Virus record (IMG/VR): IMGVR_UViG_3300028299_000004
Direction: 5' to 3' (one strand)
From: an uncultured virus (IMG/VR IMGVR_UViG_3300028299_000004)
Taxonomy: Duplodnaviria; Heunggongvirae; Uroviricota; Caudoviricetes
Length of the DNA stretch: 64,000 nt
Shown here: positions 61,278 to 64,000 of the stretch, piece after piece
Layout of the letters: each line of letters starts with the position of its first letter
Numbering within the stretch: position 1 is the stretch's first letter
Notes under the pieces: model-generated
Database searches by the model: none
The model's input: the letters and a program-made list of their open reading frames with translations, nothing else
What the model was told of the DNA's origin: nothing
Translations under genes and position numbers: made by a program

Positions 61278-63248
61278 TTACAAAACACTCATTTGTGATT
61301 TTGTATTAACAGATTTTTGTGTTTTAATTTCACTTCTTAATTTTGTTGTTGTTGTTGGTTTTATTTTTGGATTTTCATTATTTTTAATTTCATAATTAGC
61401 GTAATTATTTCCAGTCCATATTATGTTAACAGAACTTAATCCATTTATTGTTGTTACATCATTATAATAAACCCCATTACGATCATACCACCCGCCTCTA
61501 AGAACAGGTAATTCATCTTGTTCAACTACTATATCACCTTGTACTGGATCTATACCAAGAACAGCGTCTGGATTGTATTGAGTTTTTTTATATATTTTTT
61601 TATTTTTTATTGTAACAACTTCGTCCTCTAAAACATTATAATTTTTCAAATCATTTGTTTTTGATCCCTCTCTGTGATAATCCTCATTCTTTTTACAAAC
61701 AAATTCTATGTTGATACTATCAATCGCGGATATTTGGTTTTTCACGGTTCTTATTAAATCAGATTTAATTACTCTATCAAATCTTTCATTATCAATAAAA
61801 TAATCAGATATTACCTCAATAACATTGTTTCTAACATTATCCTTAACATCACTACTGAATTTTCTTATATAGACATTTATAACATATAACGATATTTTTG
61901 GTTGTATTATTATAACATTAGAGGTTATTCCAATAGTTCCCATTTTTTTCAGATAATTCATAATTTTTTCTTTTTCTTGGTCATCAAGATAGAAAACATC
62001 AAAAGGAACATTAAAATAATTATATTCACCAATAAAATAATTTTTAATTTTTGGTATCAAATATATGTAAATCTGATTATCATATATTGTTGGAAAATAT
62101 TTTACCATTTTATCTCTAACTTTATCAACATCAATATTATTTCCGAATGTTTCTATTATAAATTTTTCAATATATTTATTATTACTGAAATTATTTTCAT
62201 CCAATATATTGTACGCGTTTACTTTTGAAAACATATTCAATCTTTTTAAATGATATATAAATTGTTCAGGAGCAGCGAGAACAAAATTTCTAGACACATA
62301 TGGTAAAACAGATTTCATATATTCTACACTTTCTCCATCCGATCCAAAGTTTATATCATCATGAATATAAATATCAAATAGTTTGTCAATATTCAATATA
62401 TTTCCTTCGGAGTCTAATATATTATCCTCAAATGAAAAATCATTGATGACATTTGTTAATATATTTCCATCAGATCCGTCTGTTACCAAATATGAAACTT
62501 CTATAATAGATCCGATATCAGGAATAAATCCAAAATTTCCTGTTCCAAAATAAACATCTAATCCACCATCAAATCCTGTTCTTGTGTAACAAGCGTATTC
62601 GTTTGGTAACATATCATACATTCCATCAACTATTTTTAATGAAATACCATTATAATAAACAGAGAATGAGAAATTATCAATGATTTGATCTCTATTTACA
62701 ACTACCGCGATTGATTGATTTTTTTTACCATCACCGGTATATTGTTGTGATTCGTATTCTCCTTGTTTTACATTAAAAAATAAATCTGAATTTGGACTAA
62801 CATCATATACATTTTTTATAGAATCTCCAGTATTTATTGTATAGAATAAATTATTTGATTTATTTTTCATTTTTGTGTGATTCATAACAACTATTTTACC
62901 ACCTTTTATATCTTCGGTTAAACTTATACCAACTTTCAATTTCATTCTTATTGTACCAATCGCGGAAATAGAACGACTTGGATTATGACCACTTATTCTA
63001 ACCGCGTTTTTTATTATACGAGGATTTGTTGATGAGTGAACATCATTTTGTTTTATCGCGTTTTTAATGTATATGAGTTGATTACTGAATAAAATCTTTT
63101 GGATATGCATTATCATTCCACTTGGTGACATATGAGTAAAAACTTTATCAGATTTTTGATAAGTTTCTTTTAACCATCTTTCCAATTGAGCTGTTAAATT
63201 ATCATATGTTATTTCTATAAAATCGTAAAATTTATTATTTATCGCCAT
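61278..63248 (-). CDS. Baseplate wedge protein (T4 gp6-like)
   Basis: GHNPSR.ISA, VYFG.G.FG.IP.IG..IEVSYL..DG..GN, GSDGES.E, F.LA.P..F. Confidence 0.8.
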   Translation of the reverse strand: MAINNKFYDFIEITYDNLTAQLERWLKETYQKSDKVFTHMSPSGMIMHIQKILFSNQLIYIKNAIKQNDVHSSTNPRIIKNAVRISGHNPSRSISAIGTIRMKLKVGISLTEDIKGGKIVVMNHTKMKNKSNNLFYTINTGDSIKNVYDVSPNSDLFFNVKQGEYESQQYTGDGKKNQSIAVVVNRDQIIDNFSFSVYYNGISLKIVDGMYDMLPNEYACYTRTGFDGGLDVYFGTGNFGFIPDIGSIIEVSYLVTDGSDGNILTNVINDFSFEDNILDSEGNILNIDKLFDIYIHDDINFGSDGESVEYMKSVLPYVSRNFVLAAPEQFIYHLKRLNMFSKVNAYNILDENNFSNNKYIEKFIIETFGNNIDVDKVRDKMVKYFPTIYDNQIYIYLIPKIKNYFIGEYNYFNVPFDVFYLDDQEKEKIMNYLKKMGTIGITSNVIIIQPKISLYVINVYIRKFSSDVKDNVRNNVIEVISDYFIDNERFDRVIKSDLIRTVKNQISAIDSINIEFVCKKNEDYHREGSKTNDLKNYNVLEDEVVTIKNKKIYKKTQYNPDAVLGIDPVQGDIVVEQDELPVLRGGWYDRNGVYYNDVTTINGLSSVNIIWTGNNYANYEIKNNENPKIKPTTTTKLRSEIKTQKSVNTKSQMSVL

Positions 63249-63282
63249 TTAAGGTGTTTGTATTTTTTGGTATATATTAAAA

Positions 63283-63942
63283 TTATATATATTTCGTTTT
63301 TATTGTTTCTCCAATAATCTCTATCAAATTATTTAGGTCTGATTTTTCAACAGTTACAGTTTCATCATAAATTTTAAAATCAAATCTATAATTAGATTTT
63401 TCTAATTTCTTTATTGTTAATTTAATATCAAATTGATTATTTAAATTAATTACAAAACTGAAAAATAATGATTTACATGGAATAATATTATATCTTTCAT
63501 CCATTTTAACATTAAAAATAGATAAGTTTTTAATATTGTTTTTGTAAAACCAATTATTAATAAGAGTACTAGGTGATTTAATAAATTCTGATAATGTTTT
63601 TATATTATCACCGAATTTATTATTAGATATAATATCTTTTATCTTTGATTCTAAATCATTGATAGTGTCAAAATAATAAACATTATAATTACAATTTATA
63701 TCAAATAGATATTTAAATTCAAATCCATTATCAGATTCTGTTAAATAAACTTTATCATTATCAACATTGAATAATAATTTTGTGTAAATAACATTTGTTT
63801 TATTATAAAACAGATTTTTTATATCTATAACTAACCTATACCCACTATCAATTTTCTCATAAACGGTGTCAACAGACTGAACATTTGAATCGTTAAATAT
63901 ATTTTTTATAGATTTATCCAATTCCTGTATACTTAAACTCAT
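63283..63942 (-). CDS. Hypothetical protein
   Basis: 219-aa ORF. Confidence 0.6.
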   Translation of the reverse strand: MSLSIQELDKSIKNIFNDSNVQSVDTVYEKIDSGYRLVIDIKNLFYNKTNVIYTKLLFNVDNDKVYLTESDNGFEFKYLFDINCNYNVYYFDTINDLESKIKDIISNNKFGDNIKTLSEFIKSPSTLINNWFYKNNIKNLSIFNVKMDERYNIIPCKSLFFSFVINLNNQFDIKLTIKKLEKSNYRFDFKIYDETVTVEKSDLNNLIEIIGETIKTKYI

Positions 63943-64000
63943 ATTACAATATTATTTTTTAATATAATCACTAGATAGAAATTCTCTGATAACCAAATAT

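Noticed and set aside
426..62228. Many 60-110 aa antisense ORFs in the ORF track (e.g. 426, 9329, 16972, 23489, 34688, 61902)
   Set aside because: They lie opposite well-supported genes and have no recognisable motifs.
1..64000. Genome-wide stop-codon reassignment (TAG or TGA)
   Set aside because: Core genes are full length in the standard code and TAG/TGA end genes normally (e.g. 35147, 17854). The few interruptions are local.
1..64000. tRNA or rRNA genes
   Set aside because: No cloverleaf or rRNA-like segment recognised by eye; tRNAscan-SE would be needed to exclude them.

Overview
This window is an AT-rich segment of a large T4-like (probably jumbo) myophage genome in the standard genetic code. 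It contains head genes (portal, major capsid protein, protease-scaffold fusion, gp4- and gp2-like), neck, tail-completion and baseplate genes, a gp55-like late sigma factor, and replication/recombination genes (topoisomerase II, DinG-like helicase, UvsW, UvsY-like, N-terminal half of a family B DNA polymerase). It also holds six free-standing homing-endonuclease-like genes (two broken) and IS200/IS605 relics. A Bacteroidota-like cold-shock gene and A-rich starts without Shine-Dalgarno motifs hint at a Bacteroidota host. The main observations are: (1) a cluster of multidomain glycosyltransferases, including a TibC/AAH-like protein O-heptosyltransferase domain, a methyltransferase and a sulfotransferase, flanking a Gly-Thr-Ser collagen-like gene, plus a [S/T]-G-x-T motif enriched in virion proteins, which together suggest a phage-encoded virion glycosylation system; (2) a topoisomerase II gene ending in the N-half of a naturally split intein, with an endonuclease convergent on it; (3) a shared MK(Y/I)xKL(F/S)EEID leader on unrelated proteins, probably a capsid-targeting signal; (4) a split DNA polymerase; (5) a strong C-GCG alanine codon bias; (6) two promoter motif classes. 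All calls come from reading motifs by eye; no database searches were run.
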